The notes: a model not told the origin generated them from the letters alone. Positions 1 through 9,129 are shown, numbered from the stretch's first letter. The stretch is 31,443 nt of DNA from Bacteroidota bacterium (GCA_030706455.1 JAUZOL010000021.1:1-31443); one strand, 5' to 3'. Program-made: numbers and translations.

Positions 1-918
1 CCCGTTGACAACCACTATAGGCCGAAAGACACCGTTGATGAAGATCGTTTTGGAATTGTGATGGGGAGCAATCATCGCCGAGCGGTCGCGATAGCTGATC
101 AGATACTCATCGAAGGCTGGTAGCAGATGCACCTGTGCACTGGCGTCTTTATGCGGGCAAAAATTCTTACTCATCCAGTAGGTTTTTTCCTCAGCTGTGA
201 ACGATTCAAAGTCACGTTTGTTTGCTTCGAGTCCTTGTCTGGCTTCACTCTGCGAGAGTCCCGACCACCATACAAAATCGGCAAGTGTTGCCGGCCCATG
301 GGTCGAAAAATAGCGTTTTGCCAGGGTTGCCAGAGATTCTTCTTTTGAGAGTTCAAGGGGCTTAGGAATGCAAGTCTCCAATAGTCTGAACGAAGGTTTT
401 CCCTGCAGGTAAGTTCCGCTACAGATGACCAGTTCCAGTTCGGCACGCATCAACAGGTGCGACAAGCGGTTTTCATTTGTACGGATGCCTTTTTGTTGCA
501 GAAGCCGTGCAATCTCTTCCCGGTTCAAAGATTTTCCATCAGCCAAAGCAGCAGCTAAGATGTTGTTGGATGAGGTGAAAACATCTTCCGTCAATTCCAG
601 TTGACGGTCACGGGTTCGCATGGAAGTTTTAATCCGGTCGGCTGAGAGTCGTGTCATCCAGACAACATCGCTTGCATGAACGAAGTGCCAGGTAGGGCGT
701 AATACATGCGTGCGGATTATGGATGCAGATATCATAGCTTCATTTACGCTCTCGTCCGAAACAGATGGCAGGCGTACACCTAAAGCCCATTTTGCCATGG
801 CATAATCCTGTGCCTGTAAAGCGCCCATCTTTTTTACCAGAGAAACAATGTTTCCTGAATGGTTAGTGAGAATCTGTTGATTTTGTAAACGTAGGGTAGT
901 TATCTCCTGAAGAGTCAT
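1..918 (-). CDS. Winged-helix DNA glycosylase-like protein (AlkZ/YcaQ, HTH_42 family). N-terminal 306 codons only; the C-terminus lies beyond the window start.
   Basis: Absent from the supplied track because it runs off the edge. Hand translation of the minus strand from ATG (complement of 916-918) stays open to base 1: MTLQEITTLRLQNQQILTNHSGNIVSLVKKMGALQAQDYAMAKWALGVRL...RPTWHFVHASDVVWM...THGPATLADFVWWSGLSQSEA...HLLPAFDEYLISYRDR. These blocks match my recollection of the AlkZ/YcaQ family. Confidence 0.7.
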   Translation of the reverse strand, partial: MTLQEITTLRLQNQQILTNHSGNIVSLVKKMGALQAQDYAMAKWALGVRLPSVSDESVNEAMISASIIRTHVLRPTWHFVHASDVVWMTRLSADRIKTSMRTRDRQLELTEDVFTSSNNILAAALADGKSLNREEIARLLQQKGIRTNENRLSHLLMRAELELVICSGTYLQGKPSFRLLETCIPKPLELSKEESLATLAKRYFSTHGPATLADFVWWSGLSQSEARQGLEANKRDFESFTAEEKTYWMSKNFCPHKDASAQVHLLPAFDEYLISYRDRSAMIAPHHNSKTIFINGVFRPIVVVNG

Positions 919-934
919 TGTTGTAAGGGTATTG

Positions 935-1558
935 TTATGCTTCGAAACTGGCAATGTGAGAATTACGAATCAGGAACGATTCGAACTGATCGCGCTTGCC
1001 CGGATGAATCTCAATGTTGTATTCCACGCTCACAATGCCCATTTGTTTACTGGTTTTCGTGCGTAGAAACTTAATGTGCATGCCGGTAAATTCCCGTTCC
1101 AGTTCACCAATAGAATATTCTTCGGCGACAAAACGAATTTCATAGCTTTTCATCTGGTGAAGGTTGTCGAAGGCTGTTTCAAATTTGAACAGAGCCAGCA
1201 ATACCATCATTACCAGCACTACTACCATTGCTGCCAGCACGTAATGTTGCAGTCCGATGCACATTCCGATAGCCGCAGCCATCCAGATAATTGCAGCTGA
1301 AGTAATTCCCTTCACATTGGCTCCTTCTTTGAATACCACACCGGCTCCGATAAAACCGATACCCGTCACGATATTAGAGGCAATTCGGTCGCCTCCCCAT
1401 GAGTTCGAGAGAATGGTAAACAGACATGAACTGACGGTGATCAGAATCATGGTGCGGAATCCGGCCGGTTTATTGTGATACTCCCGTTCCAATCCGAGGG
1501 TGGCACCCGCTGCAAAGGCTGCCAATATCTGCACATAAGGTACGTAGTCTAATTGCAT
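935..1558 (-). CDS. mgtC: MgtC/SapB family membrane protein
   Basis: ORF 935..1567 in the track starts at TTG. An ATG at 1558 gives MQLDYVPYVQILAAFAAGATLGLEREYHNKPAGFRTMILI...GIGFIGAGVVFKEG..VKGITSAAIIWMAAAIGMCIG, typical MgtC N-terminal membrane domain blocks. It ends 16 nt before the glycosylase-like start. Confidence 0.85.
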   Translation of the reverse strand: MQLDYVPYVQILAAFAAGATLGLEREYHNKPAGFRTMILITVSSCLFTILSNSWGGDRIASNIVTGIGFIGAGVVFKEGANVKGITSAAIIWMAAAIGMCIGLQHYVLAAMVVVLVMMVLLALFKFETAFDNLHQMKSYEIRFVAEEYSIGELEREFTGMHIKFLRTKTSKQMGIVSVEYNIEIHPGKRDQFESFLIRNSHIASFEA

Positions 1559-1584
1559 AAGCCACAAGAGTTAGATGTGATGTA

Positions 1585-1592
1585 CAAAAATA
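1585..1592 (-). promoter_or_regulatory. Bacteroidota-type -7 promoter box (TATTTTTG on the minus strand) upstream of the MgtC gene
   Basis: Plus-strand caaaaata at 1585-1592 is TATTTTTG on the minus strand. This matches the TAnnTTTG consensus, 27 nt upstream of ATG 1558. Confidence 0.45.
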
Positions 1593-1777
1593 CGAATAGT
1601 TGGGACTTTTTTGTCGATTTAAACAAATATTAGTTTATAGGTGATTTTGATTTAAGAGGAGAGGTCTACTCGCTCGTTTAATGGTTTTTCTTTTAATTAA
1701 AAAATGATAATCGTTGAGATGTATTCTCTTTTTATCTTTTGATGGTTATTGTATATGTACTAACTTTGCAGTCCAAA

Positions 1778-2095
1778 ATGAGGCAACTGAAGATTATATT
1801 AATATTAGTGATTTCGGCATGTACATTAGCTTTTGCGCAAGCAGAGGTTTTTTCATCCGTCATGGACTGCCATTCATTCCATTTGAAGCATACTCAGGAT
1901 ATTCCTGACAATACGAACGATTTTTCTTCCATAGGAATTGAACATGGAGAACTAGTAGTCCTTGAAATGGAAAATTCCACATTAGTGTTGCCGGAAGTAA
2001 CTTGCAAAAGAACCATATTATACTACGATAACTACCGTATCCAGATTATCACTTCTTTCTGGCGTCCTCCTCAGCTATTCTCAATACATAGCTAG
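1778..2095 (+). CDS. Hypothetical small secreted protein
   Basis: Inside ORF 1739..2095. The internal ATG at 1778 gives MRQLKIILILVISACTLAFAQAEV, a clear signal peptide. No family recognised. AT-rich. Confidence 0.45.
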   Translation: MRQLKIILILVISACTLAFAQAEVFSSVMDCHSFHLKHTQDIPDNTNDFSSIGIEHGELVVLEMENSTLVLPEVTCKRTILYYDNYRIQIITSFWRPPQLFSIHS

Positions 2096-2275
2096 TTATA
2101 TCTTTTCGTAGTTTTTCCAAACAATTTTTATTAAGTCGTTGAAAGAAAAGTAACATCTTTTCTTCGACGTGAGTAACTGTGTATAGCCAAAATAATGCTA
2201 TTACGCAGCAAACCTCAATATCTATTGCTTTGTAGATAATTCTGCAATTTTTCCACCTTATTAAATACAGATAAA

Positions 2276-3373
2276 ATGAAAAAAGTACTACTGTGTGCAA
2301 TTTTGACCTGCACTCTTATTTCGTGTAGTAAACAAAAAGGAAGTGATACTTCGAGTATTTCTCAAATACCTGTTTTTACGGTAAATTTCTCAAATACAGT
2401 TTTCAATGATAATATTGTTACGGATATTCAAGCAATCAAAAATGTAGAAATCAGAACGAGGATTAAGGGCTTTTTGGAACGAATATTAGTGGACGAGGGA
2501 GCCTCTGTACGCAAAGGACAGCCTTTGTTTCGGTTAGCATCTCCCGAATATACGGCAGAATTAACCAAAGCGAAATCATTATTGCAACGAGCTATTGCAG
2601 AAAGGAAAGCAGCCAATCTCGAAGTAGAACGGGTGAAAATGTTAGTAGACAAAAATGTGGTTGCCAAGTCCGAATTGATTCTCGCCGAGTCGAAAGCGCA
2701 AGTGGCCTTGGCTGAAGAGAATCAGGCTCGGGCATCGTTGCAAAATGCCACTGTCTTTATGTCGTACTGTACAATTACGGCTCCGTTTGATGGTGTGATT
2801 AATCGTATTCCATTAAAAATTGGGAGTTTGTTGAATGAGGGAGATTTACTTACCTCTATTTCAGACATTTCAAACATCTATGCTTATTTCAATCTATCGG
2901 AAACTGACTATCTCCGGTATCTGAAAGCAAAGCAAAAAGGCGATTCCATCCCCGATGAGAATAATGTTCAATTGGAGTTGGCTGATGGCAGCTTGTATAA
3001 ACATAAGGGCAAGATTGAGACCGTTGCCAGTGAAATAGAAGGATCGACGGGTGCCATTACTTTCAGAGCTCGTTTTGTAAATCCGGAACGATTATTGAAA
3101 CATGGTGCTACAGGGACTATCCGGCTGAGCACACAATTGGATAAAGTAATTATGATTCCTCAGAAAGCAGTGTTGGAAATACAGGATAAGAACTATGTCT
3201 TCCTGGTACAACCAAATAATCGTGTCAAGATTCATGAAGTGAAACTTGGTAATCGCAACGGCTTGTTTTATATGGTACAATCGGGACTGAGTGTCAACGA
3301 TAAAATTGTGTTGGAAGGCGTTCAGATTTTGAGGGATGGAGATTCGATAAAGCCAGTGTATAAAAAGTTCTAA
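2276..3373 (+). CDS. RND efflux periplasmic adaptor subunit (membrane fusion protein, lipoprotein)
   Basis: MKKVLLCAILTCTLISCSK is a lipoprotein signal. It has the biotinyl-lipoyl-like hairpin and coiled-coil (RIKGFLERILVDEGASVRKGQPLFRL...YTAEL..A) and a C-terminal beta-barrel typical of AcrA/MexA-type adaptors. It sits directly upstream of the RND pump. Confidence 0.9.
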   Translation: MKKVLLCAILTCTLISCSKQKGSDTSSISQIPVFTVNFSNTVFNDNIVTDIQAIKNVEIRTRIKGFLERILVDEGASVRKGQPLFRLASPEYTAELTKAKSLLQRAIAERKAANLEVERVKMLVDKNVVAKSELILAESKAQVALAEENQARASLQNATVFMSYCTITAPFDGVINRIPLKIGSLLNEGDLLTSISDISNIYAYFNLSETDYLRYLKAKQKGDSIPDENNVQLELADGSLYKHKGKIETVASEIEGSTGAITFRARFVNPERLLKHGATGTIRLSTQLDKVIMIPQKAVLEIQDKNYVFLVQPNNRVKIHEVKLGNRNGLFYMVQSGLSVNDKIVLEGVQILRDGDSIKPVYKKF

Positions 3374-3385
3374 ATTATTATTTCA

Positions 3386-6300
3386 ATGGTAGAAAGATTT
3401 ATTAAGCGACCGGTTTTGTCTATCGTAATATCAGTATTACTGATGTTGCTTGGGGTATTGGCTCTTGTGCAGCTACCGGTTACTCAGTTTCCCGATATTG
3501 CACCTCCATCAGTCGTAGTGACGGCTACATATACCGGTGCAAGTGCCGATGTGTGTGCAAAAGCTGTAGCTACACCGCTGGAGAGAGCTATTAACGGTGT
3601 TCCCGGAATGACCTACCTTTCGTCAGTGTCCAGTAACGACGGAACAACAGTTATTCAGGTGTTTTTTAAAGTCGGAACCGATCCTGATATTGCTGCCGTA
3701 AATGTGCAAAACCGTGTTACAACGGTGTTGGATGAGTTGCCTGATGAAGTAACAAAAGCGGGTGTGGTTACTGAAAAAGAGGTGAACTCGATGTTGCTTT
3801 ATCTGAATATTTTCAGCAAAGACTCGACTCAGAATGAGGAGTTTATTTACAACTTTGCAGATATTAACGTGTTGAATGAGTTGAAACGTATTGAAGGTGT
3901 GGGATTTGCCGATATTATGGGTGCGCGCGAATATTCAATGCGGGTATGGCTTAAGCCCGATCGATTGCTTGCGTACAATATATCGGCTCAAGAGGTGATA
4001 GACGCTTTGCAGAAACAAAATGTAGAAGCGGCTCCCGGGAAAGCAGGCGAAGGTTCCGGAAAATTGTACCAACCTATTCAGTATGTTCTTCGTTACACAG
4101 GCAAATTTAGTCAGCCAGCTGATTATGAAAATATAGTGATTCGGGCAGATAAAGACGGGCGGATATTAAAGCTCAAAGATATTGCCGGCATTGAGTTCGG
4201 AACATTCGATTATGGAATGGCTTCAAAGACCAATGGTAGGCCGTCAGCATCCATTATGCTCAAGCAACGTCCGGGATCCAATGCTCAAGAGGTGATCAAA
4301 GCAGTCAAAGCGAGGATGGAAGAGCTTAAAGCCACGTCCTTTCCTCCGAATATTGAATATAACTATGCGTACGATGTCTCCAGTTTCCTGGATGCTTCAA
4401 TCAAGGCCGTATTACGCACCTTGTGCGAAGCTTTTATTCTTGTTTTTATCGTTGTCTTTCTATTTCTTCAGGATTTCAGGTCTACATTAATTGCTGCGAT
4501 TGCAGTGCCGATTTCTTTGATTAGTGCTCTGGCATTTATGCTTGTCCTTGGTTTTTCTATTAATTTGCTCACGTTGTTTGCCCTTGTGCTGGCTATTGGT
4601 ATTGTGGTCGATAATGCCATTGTGGTGGTTGAGGCCGTTCACGTGAAAATGCAACAAGGTTTAACGGCATACAACGCAACTGTTGCGGCTATGAAGGAGA
4701 TCAGTCATGCTATTATAGCCATCACGCTGGTGATGACGGCCGTGTTTGTGCCCGTTGCTTTCTTGTCCGGACCTGTGGGCGTTTTCTATCGTCAGTTTTC
4801 AATAACACTGGCCATTGCAATTGTAATCTCGGGTGTTGTGGCATTGACTCTTACACCTGCTTTGTGCGCATTATGGTTGAAACATAAAAATGCCGTTCCC
4901 AAAAAGAATGATAAGCTAAATCGCTTTTTCCGCAAGTTTAATGTGAACTATAACTTAACGGAACGTTGGTATAGTAGGTTGATTGGTCGGATAGCAGGGC
5001 GGCGCGTGATTATATTCGGAATTTTGATTGCATTCTTTGTCGGCACCTGGGGCGTTAGTGTTATTTTACCAACCGGATTTATTCCGACTGAAGACCAGGG
5101 TATCATCTATGTGAATGTGGTTACACCTCCGGGATCAACGATTGAAAGAACCGAAAGGGTCATGGATGCAGTAGAAATAGCATCCAAGCAGCTTCCGGAA
5201 GTCGAATCGGTTACAACTTTATCAGGATACAGTATCATAAGTGAAGCACCCGGAACTTCGTATGGGATGGCCATGCTGAATTTAGTCCCCTGGAGCAAAC
5301 GACATGCATCTGTTGATGAAATTGTTGAGAGATTGAAAGAGAAAACCCGTGGCATAACCGATGCCAGCATCGAGTTCTTTCCTCCGCCAACAGTGCCTGG
5401 TTTTGGTAATGCCAGCGGTTTTGAACTTCGGTTGATTGATAAAACAGGTTTGGGTAATTTACAGATGACTGCCAATAATACTAATATGTTTATCGATTCG
5501 CTCAAGAAGTCGCCTGTTATTGGAAGTGCTTTTACCAATTTTAATGTGTCTTTTCCGCAGTATATGATTCATATCGATTATGAGAAGGCGGGGCAAAAAG
5601 GAGTGTCCGTAGACAATGCAATGAGCAATCTTCAAACACTTGTCGGTAGTTATTATACCACCAACTTTATCCGGTTTGGTCAGATGTATAAAGTAATGTT
5701 ACAAGCATCTCCCGAGTTTAGGGCTGCCCCCGAGGATATTCTCAAACTATATGTTAAGAACAATGCAGGTGAAATGGTACCGTATTCTGCCTTTGCCACT
5801 CTCGAAAGAGTATATGGCCCGGAGCAGCTGACGCGGTATAACATGTATACCTCTGCAATGATTTCCGGTGATGCGGCTTCCGGCTATAGTAGCAGCGATG
5901 CTATTAAACAGATAGAGAAAACTGCGGAGAAAGTTCTTCCGAAAGGTTATACGATTAGTTGGTCGGGGATGACAAGGGAACAGATACTTGCCGGTAATCA
6001 GGCAATTTTTGTCTTTATTATTTGCCTTGTGTTTGTATATCTGTTACTCTCGGCGCAATACGAAAGTTTTCTCTTGCCCCTGGTTGTCATACTTTCATTG
6101 CCTGCCGGAATATTCGGCTCTTTTCTGACCTTGAAGCTGGCCGGTTTGGAGAACAATATTTATGCTCAGGTGGCTATGATTATGTTGATAGGGCTGTTGG
6201 GTAAAAATGCAATTCTGATTGTAGAATTCGCCTTGCAACGAAAGAATGATGGATTCTCGGTGTTGAAATCAGCACAATCAGGAGCTGTGGCCCGTTTGCG

Positions 6301-6565
6301 ACCTATCCTGATGACCTCGTTCGCCTTTATAGCAGGTCTTATTCCTTTGTGTTTGTCGTCCGGAGCCGGTGCTTTGGGCAACCGTTCCATCGGGATGGCA
6401 TCTGCCGGAGGTATGCTTATGGGAACGATATTCGGGTTGGTCATAGTTCCGGGACTGTATGTCATTTTTGCCGGCCTTTCCCTTAAGCTGACATCGAAAA
6501 GTAAAAAACGAAACCGCAAGGATAAGTCCGCAAAAATGATTGTAAAACAAATCGTAAATCAATGA
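3386..6565 (+). CDS. RND efflux transporter permease subunit (AcrB/HAE1-like, 1059 aa)
   Basis: MVERFIKRPVLSIVISVLLMLLG..LPVTQFPDIAPPSVVVTATYTGASA...AIGIVVDNAIVVVE...GLLGKNAILIVEFA are canonical AcrB-family blocks with 12-TM architecture. Confidence 0.95.
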   Translation: MVERFIKRPVLSIVISVLLMLLGVLALVQLPVTQFPDIAPPSVVVTATYTGASADVCAKAVATPLERAINGVPGMTYLSSVSSNDGTTVIQVFFKVGTDPDIAAVNVQNRVTTVLDELPDEVTKAGVVTEKEVNSMLLYLNIFSKDSTQNEEFIYNFADINVLNELKRIEGVGFADIMGAREYSMRVWLKPDRLLAYNISAQEVIDALQKQNVEAAPGKAGEGSGKLYQPIQYVLRYTGKFSQPADYENIVIRADKDGRILKLKDIAGIEFGTFDYGMASKTNGRPSASIMLKQRPGSNAQEVIKAVKARMEELKATSFPPNIEYNYAYDVSSFLDASIKAVLRTLCEAFILVFIVVFLFLQDFRSTLIAAIAVPISLISALAFMLVLGFSINLLTLFALVLAIGIVVDNAIVVVEAVHVKMQQGLTAYNATVAAMKEISHAIIAITLVMTAVFVPVAFLSGPVGVFYRQFSITLAIAIVISGVVALTLTPALCALWLKHKNAVPKKNDKLNRFFRKFNVNYNLTERWYSRLIGRIAGRRVIIFGILIAFFVGTWGVSVILPTGFIPTEDQGIIYVNVVTPPGSTIERTERVMDAVEIASKQLPEVESVTTLSGYSIISEAPGTSYGMAMLNLVPWSKRHASVDEIVERLKEKTRGITDASIEFFPPPTVPGFGNASGFELRLIDKTGLGNLQMTANNTNMFIDSLKKSPVIGSAFTNFNVSFPQYMIHIDYEKAGQKGVSVDNAMSNLQTLVGSYYTTNFIRFGQMYKVMLQASPEFRAAPEDILKLYVKNNAGEMVPYSAFATLERVYGPEQLTRYNMYTSAMISGDAASGYSSSDAIKQIEKTAEKVLPKGYTISWSGMTREQILAGNQAIFVFIICLVFVYLLLSAQYESFLLPLVVILSLPAGIFGSFLTLKLAGLENNIYAQVAMIMLIGLLGKNAILIVEFALQRKNDGFSVLKSAQSGAVARLRPILMTSFAFIAGLIPLCLSSGAGALGNRSIGMASAGGMLMGTIFGLVIVPGLYVIFAGLSLKLTSKSKKRNRKDKSAKMIVKQIVNQ

Positions 6566-7977
6566 GTAGTATGAAAATTCTTGCAAATATATTATTTTTC
6601 CTGACCCTTATATGCTGCTTTTCGTGTCAGGCACCCAAACAGGTGACAATTTCGCCCTCTTCCGATATTCGAAATTTCCGATGGAACAAGGCTGATACAG
6701 CCTCTTCGGCATCTACAGCAGGTGACATTAGTTGGAAGGCATTTTTCGCCGATTCTAATTTGGTTCGTCTGATCGATACAGCTTTAATAGCCAATAGCGA
6801 CTACCAACAAGCAATGCGGCAGATTGAAATAGCCCGGATTACGTACCAGACAAACAAGATGGCTTTATTGCCTTCGTTGGAGTTGCAAGCCGGATTCAAT
6901 ACTCAAAAGGCAAGTGCAAACACTTCTTCTGTTTCGTATCCCAATGCTTCACGGGTGTATAACGATTTGCAGCTTTCTCTGACTTCTTCCTGGGAACTTG
7001 ATATCTGGGGGAAATTAAATAGTCAGAAGAAAGCATCCAAAGCTCGTTTTTTATCAACACAAGCAGGATCCACATTTGTGCGAACACAGCTGATTGCTGC
7101 AATAGCCGGAGCTTATTATGAATTAATGGCTTATGATGAACAACTGTTTTTGATCGAAAAAAACCTGCGTTTACAAGCAACGGCTCTTGATATAGTGAAT
7201 GTGCAGAAAGAGGCAGGCAAAGCAACGGCTCTGGCGGTGCAACAATTTGAAGCTCAGTTACACAATACCCGTGCCCAAAAGTGCCATGTATCCCGAATGA
7301 TTGTCAATGCAGAAACGTATCTGAACACGTTGGTGGGAAGATTTCCTCAACCGATTATTCGAAGCCATTTTATTACCAAACAGAATATTGGATTGAATCT
7401 CAAGGTTGGTGTACCTGTGCAACTGTTGGAGCGGCGTCCCGATATATTTCAGGCTTTGGGTCTTCTTGCTGCTGCCGGGTTCGATGTTCAAAGTGCGAGA
7501 AGAGCCTTCTATCCATCCCTTACCATTGCTCCAACAATCGGATTTGCGGCATCTGATGCCCATTTGTTGTTCGACAAAACCTCTTTGCTGTGGAATGTTG
7601 CAGGCGGATTAGTCGCTCCCTTGTTTCAAAAGAACCAGATAAAGGGTAATTATAAACTTAAACTTGAAGAGCAACGGATCGCCTTGCTTGCCTATGAAAA
7701 GGTTTTGAAACAAAGCGTTGCAGAAGTACAAAATGCAATGACAACACAGGAAATACTGAACGAAGAGGTAAACAATAAAACGAATGAAGTACTGGCTCTT
7801 GATAATGCCGTAAAAACTTCGCACAATCTCTATGCTTTCGGATATGCTACATATCTGGAAGTGATTAATGCCCAAAAAACAGTACGTGATGCTGAACTTG
7901 AATTGGTTGATATTCATAAAGAACGAATGCTGAATGCTATTGATCTGTATCGGGCACTGGGCGGAGGCAGGTTCTGA
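6562..7977 (+). CDS. Efflux outer membrane factor lipoprotein (TolC/NodT family)
   Basis: The start overlaps the RND stop (ATGA at 6562-6565). Lipoprotein signal LTLICCFSCQ. It has the two repeated TolC-type halves and the C-terminal DLYRALGGG motif. Confidence 0.9.
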   Translation: MSSMKILANILFFLTLICCFSCQAPKQVTISPSSDIRNFRWNKADTASSASTAGDISWKAFFADSNLVRLIDTALIANSDYQQAMRQIEIARITYQTNKMALLPSLELQAGFNTQKASANTSSVSYPNASRVYNDLQLSLTSSWELDIWGKLNSQKKASKARFLSTQAGSTFVRTQLIAAIAGAYYELMAYDEQLFLIEKNLRLQATALDIVNVQKEAGKATALAVQQFEAQLHNTRAQKCHVSRMIVNAETYLNTLVGRFPQPIIRSHFITKQNIGLNLKVGVPVQLLERRPDIFQALGLLAAAGFDVQSARRAFYPSLTIAPTIGFAASDAHLLFDKTSLLWNVAGGLVAPLFQKNQIKGNYKLKLEEQRIALLAYEKVLKQSVAEVQNAMTTQEILNEEVNNKTNEVLALDNAVKTSHNLYAFGYATYLEVINAQKTVRDAELELVDIHKERMLNAIDLYRALGGGRF

Positions 7978-8010
7978 TTAGACGTCGGTGTGAGTTCTAA
8001 TCTGATTAAA

Positions 8011-8047
8011 GGTAATTGTATCTCATTTGTAATGAGGTGCAATTACC
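8011..8047 (+). terminator. Stem-loop after the RND operon (possible intrinsic terminator)
   Basis: GGTAATTG(8011-8018)..CTCATT(8022-8027) tgt AATGAG(8031-8036)..CAATTACC(8040-8047), followed by the T-rich atttattcgtatt. It lies inside the GTG-started long version of ORF 7990..8631, which argues for the shorter start at 8080. Confidence 0.45.
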
Positions 8048-8079
8048 ATTTATTCGTATTCAATTTTATCGAAAAAACT

Positions 8080-8631
8080 ATGGTTAATTCTATTGCGATT
8101 CGTTGCTACAGCGTGATTTTCTGTTTGTTTATTTTCCTATCGATACATTCCCAAAATGTTATAAGAGATAAAGATGTTTCCGGCATTTATCTGTCTGTCG
8201 ATGACTTTAAACTTCGTCGTTCGTATTGCATGTCATGTCAGCAACACGTACCCGCAAAAATTAAATTGAATCAGTTTTTCTTTTCGTCTGCAATTACAAT
8301 AATAGGAGACAATACTAAGGAAAGAATTGCTAAAGACAGTATTTTTGCCATTGCGCTTCGGGATGGACAGTGTTTTCGGTTCATTAACAGGCAACCATGT
8401 TTTATTGTCGATACCTCCTATCTTTTTATTTACAAGGGAACCCATAAAAGTATTATTTATAAGCAAAATGGGCATAGCACAAAGAGGGAGGAACTAATTA
8501 TTCCCGACTATTATTTTAGTGTTGGAAACCATCGTGTGTGTCATAAACTTTCCCTTGAAAATTTGATGCATTATACGAAACTCTCTTCTGTAGAAGCCGA
8601 CTCTGTTTTCCAAAGGTATAAGGCCAACTAA
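8080..8631 (+). CDS. Hypothetical secreted protein
   Basis: The internal ATG at 8080 gives MVNSIAIRCYSVIFCLFIFLSIHSQN, a signal peptide. AT-rich. No family recognised. Confidence 0.5.
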   Translation: MVNSIAIRCYSVIFCLFIFLSIHSQNVIRDKDVSGIYLSVDDFKLRRSYCMSCQQHVPAKIKLNQFFFSSAITIIGDNTKERIAKDSIFAIALRDGQCFRFINRQPCFIVDTSYLFIYKGTHKSIIYKQNGHSTKREELIIPDYYFSVGNHRVCHKLSLENLMHYTKLSSVEADSVFQRYKAN

Positions 8632-8689
8632 TTTTGCCCTGATTTGCAGGAATGAAAAAATAAGATTAATTAACATGGTCGTTTGAATA

Positions 8690-8711
8690 TTGTTCGTAAT
8701 TTTGCGAACAA
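8690..8711. promoter_or_regulatory. Inverted repeat TTGTTCG-N8-CGAACAA (putative ArsR operator). Its 8-nt spacer is a TAATTTTG -7 promoter box.
   Basis: Arms are TTGTTCG (8690-8696) and CGAACAA (8705-8711). The spacer taattttg (8697-8704) matches TAnnTTTG and lies 31 nt upstream of the arsR ATG at 8735. CGAACA is repeated again at 8712-8717. Confidence 0.55.
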
Positions 8712-8734
8712 CGAACATTCAAAATAATTATGCT

Positions 8735-9067
8735 ATGAATTGCTGCGAAAAACAAGATTATACGATAGATAATGAACAACTTGCACGCTTTGCTAAAGCG
8801 ATGGGGCATCCGTCACGCATTGCCATCCTTAGCTTTTTAGCCAACCTCGATAGTTGCTATTTTGGCGATATCAACAACGAACTGCCGATTGCCAAGGCTA
8901 CCGTTTCTCAACATCTGAAAGAGTTGAAAGAGTCCGGACTCATTACCGGAACCATTGAGGCACCCAAGGTGAAATATTGTATCCATCGGGAGAACTGGGC
9001 AAAAGCGCAGGCTTATTTCAACACCTTCTTTGCTTCATTAAAAGAAAAAGATCTTTGTTGTGACTGA
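8735..9067 (+). CDS. arsR: ArsR/SmtB family metalloregulator (110 aa)
   Basis: The track ORF 8690..9067 starts at a non-ATG codon inside the promoter. The ATG at 8735 gives MNCCEKQDYT...HPSRIAILSFLANLDSCYFGDINNELPIAKATVSQHLKELKESGLITG...KEKDLCCD, a winged HTH of ArsR type with vicinal Cys pairs at both termini. Confidence 0.9.
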   Translation: MNCCEKQDYTIDNEQLARFAKAMGHPSRIAILSFLANLDSCYFGDINNELPIAKATVSQHLKELKESGLITGTIEAPKVKYCIHRENWAKAQAYFNTFFASLKEKDLCCD

Positions 9068-9073
9068 TTTATA

Positions 9074-9129
9074 ACTCCGTCCTTTAGGGCGGAGTAGACA
9101 GTAATTTGCTGTGAGAGGGCTTTAGCCCT
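9074..9129 (+). other. Two GC-stem/TTTA-loop hairpins in the arsR-trx spacer
   Basis: ACTCCGTCC ttta GGGCGGAGT (9074-9095, one G-T pair) and AGGGC ttta GCCCT (9116-9129). There is no T-run after either, so they are not classical terminators. Confidence 0.5.

Noticed and set aside
7990-8079. N-terminal extensions produced by longest-ORF calling (7990 GTG, 8690, 13058, 19990 TTG, 22738 TTG, 24642, 24698, 30662, 1567 TTG, 1739)
   Set aside because: In each case the extension overlaps an upstream gene, a terminator or promoter element, or precedes an obvious signal peptide or first conserved block. I preferred the internal ATG starts.
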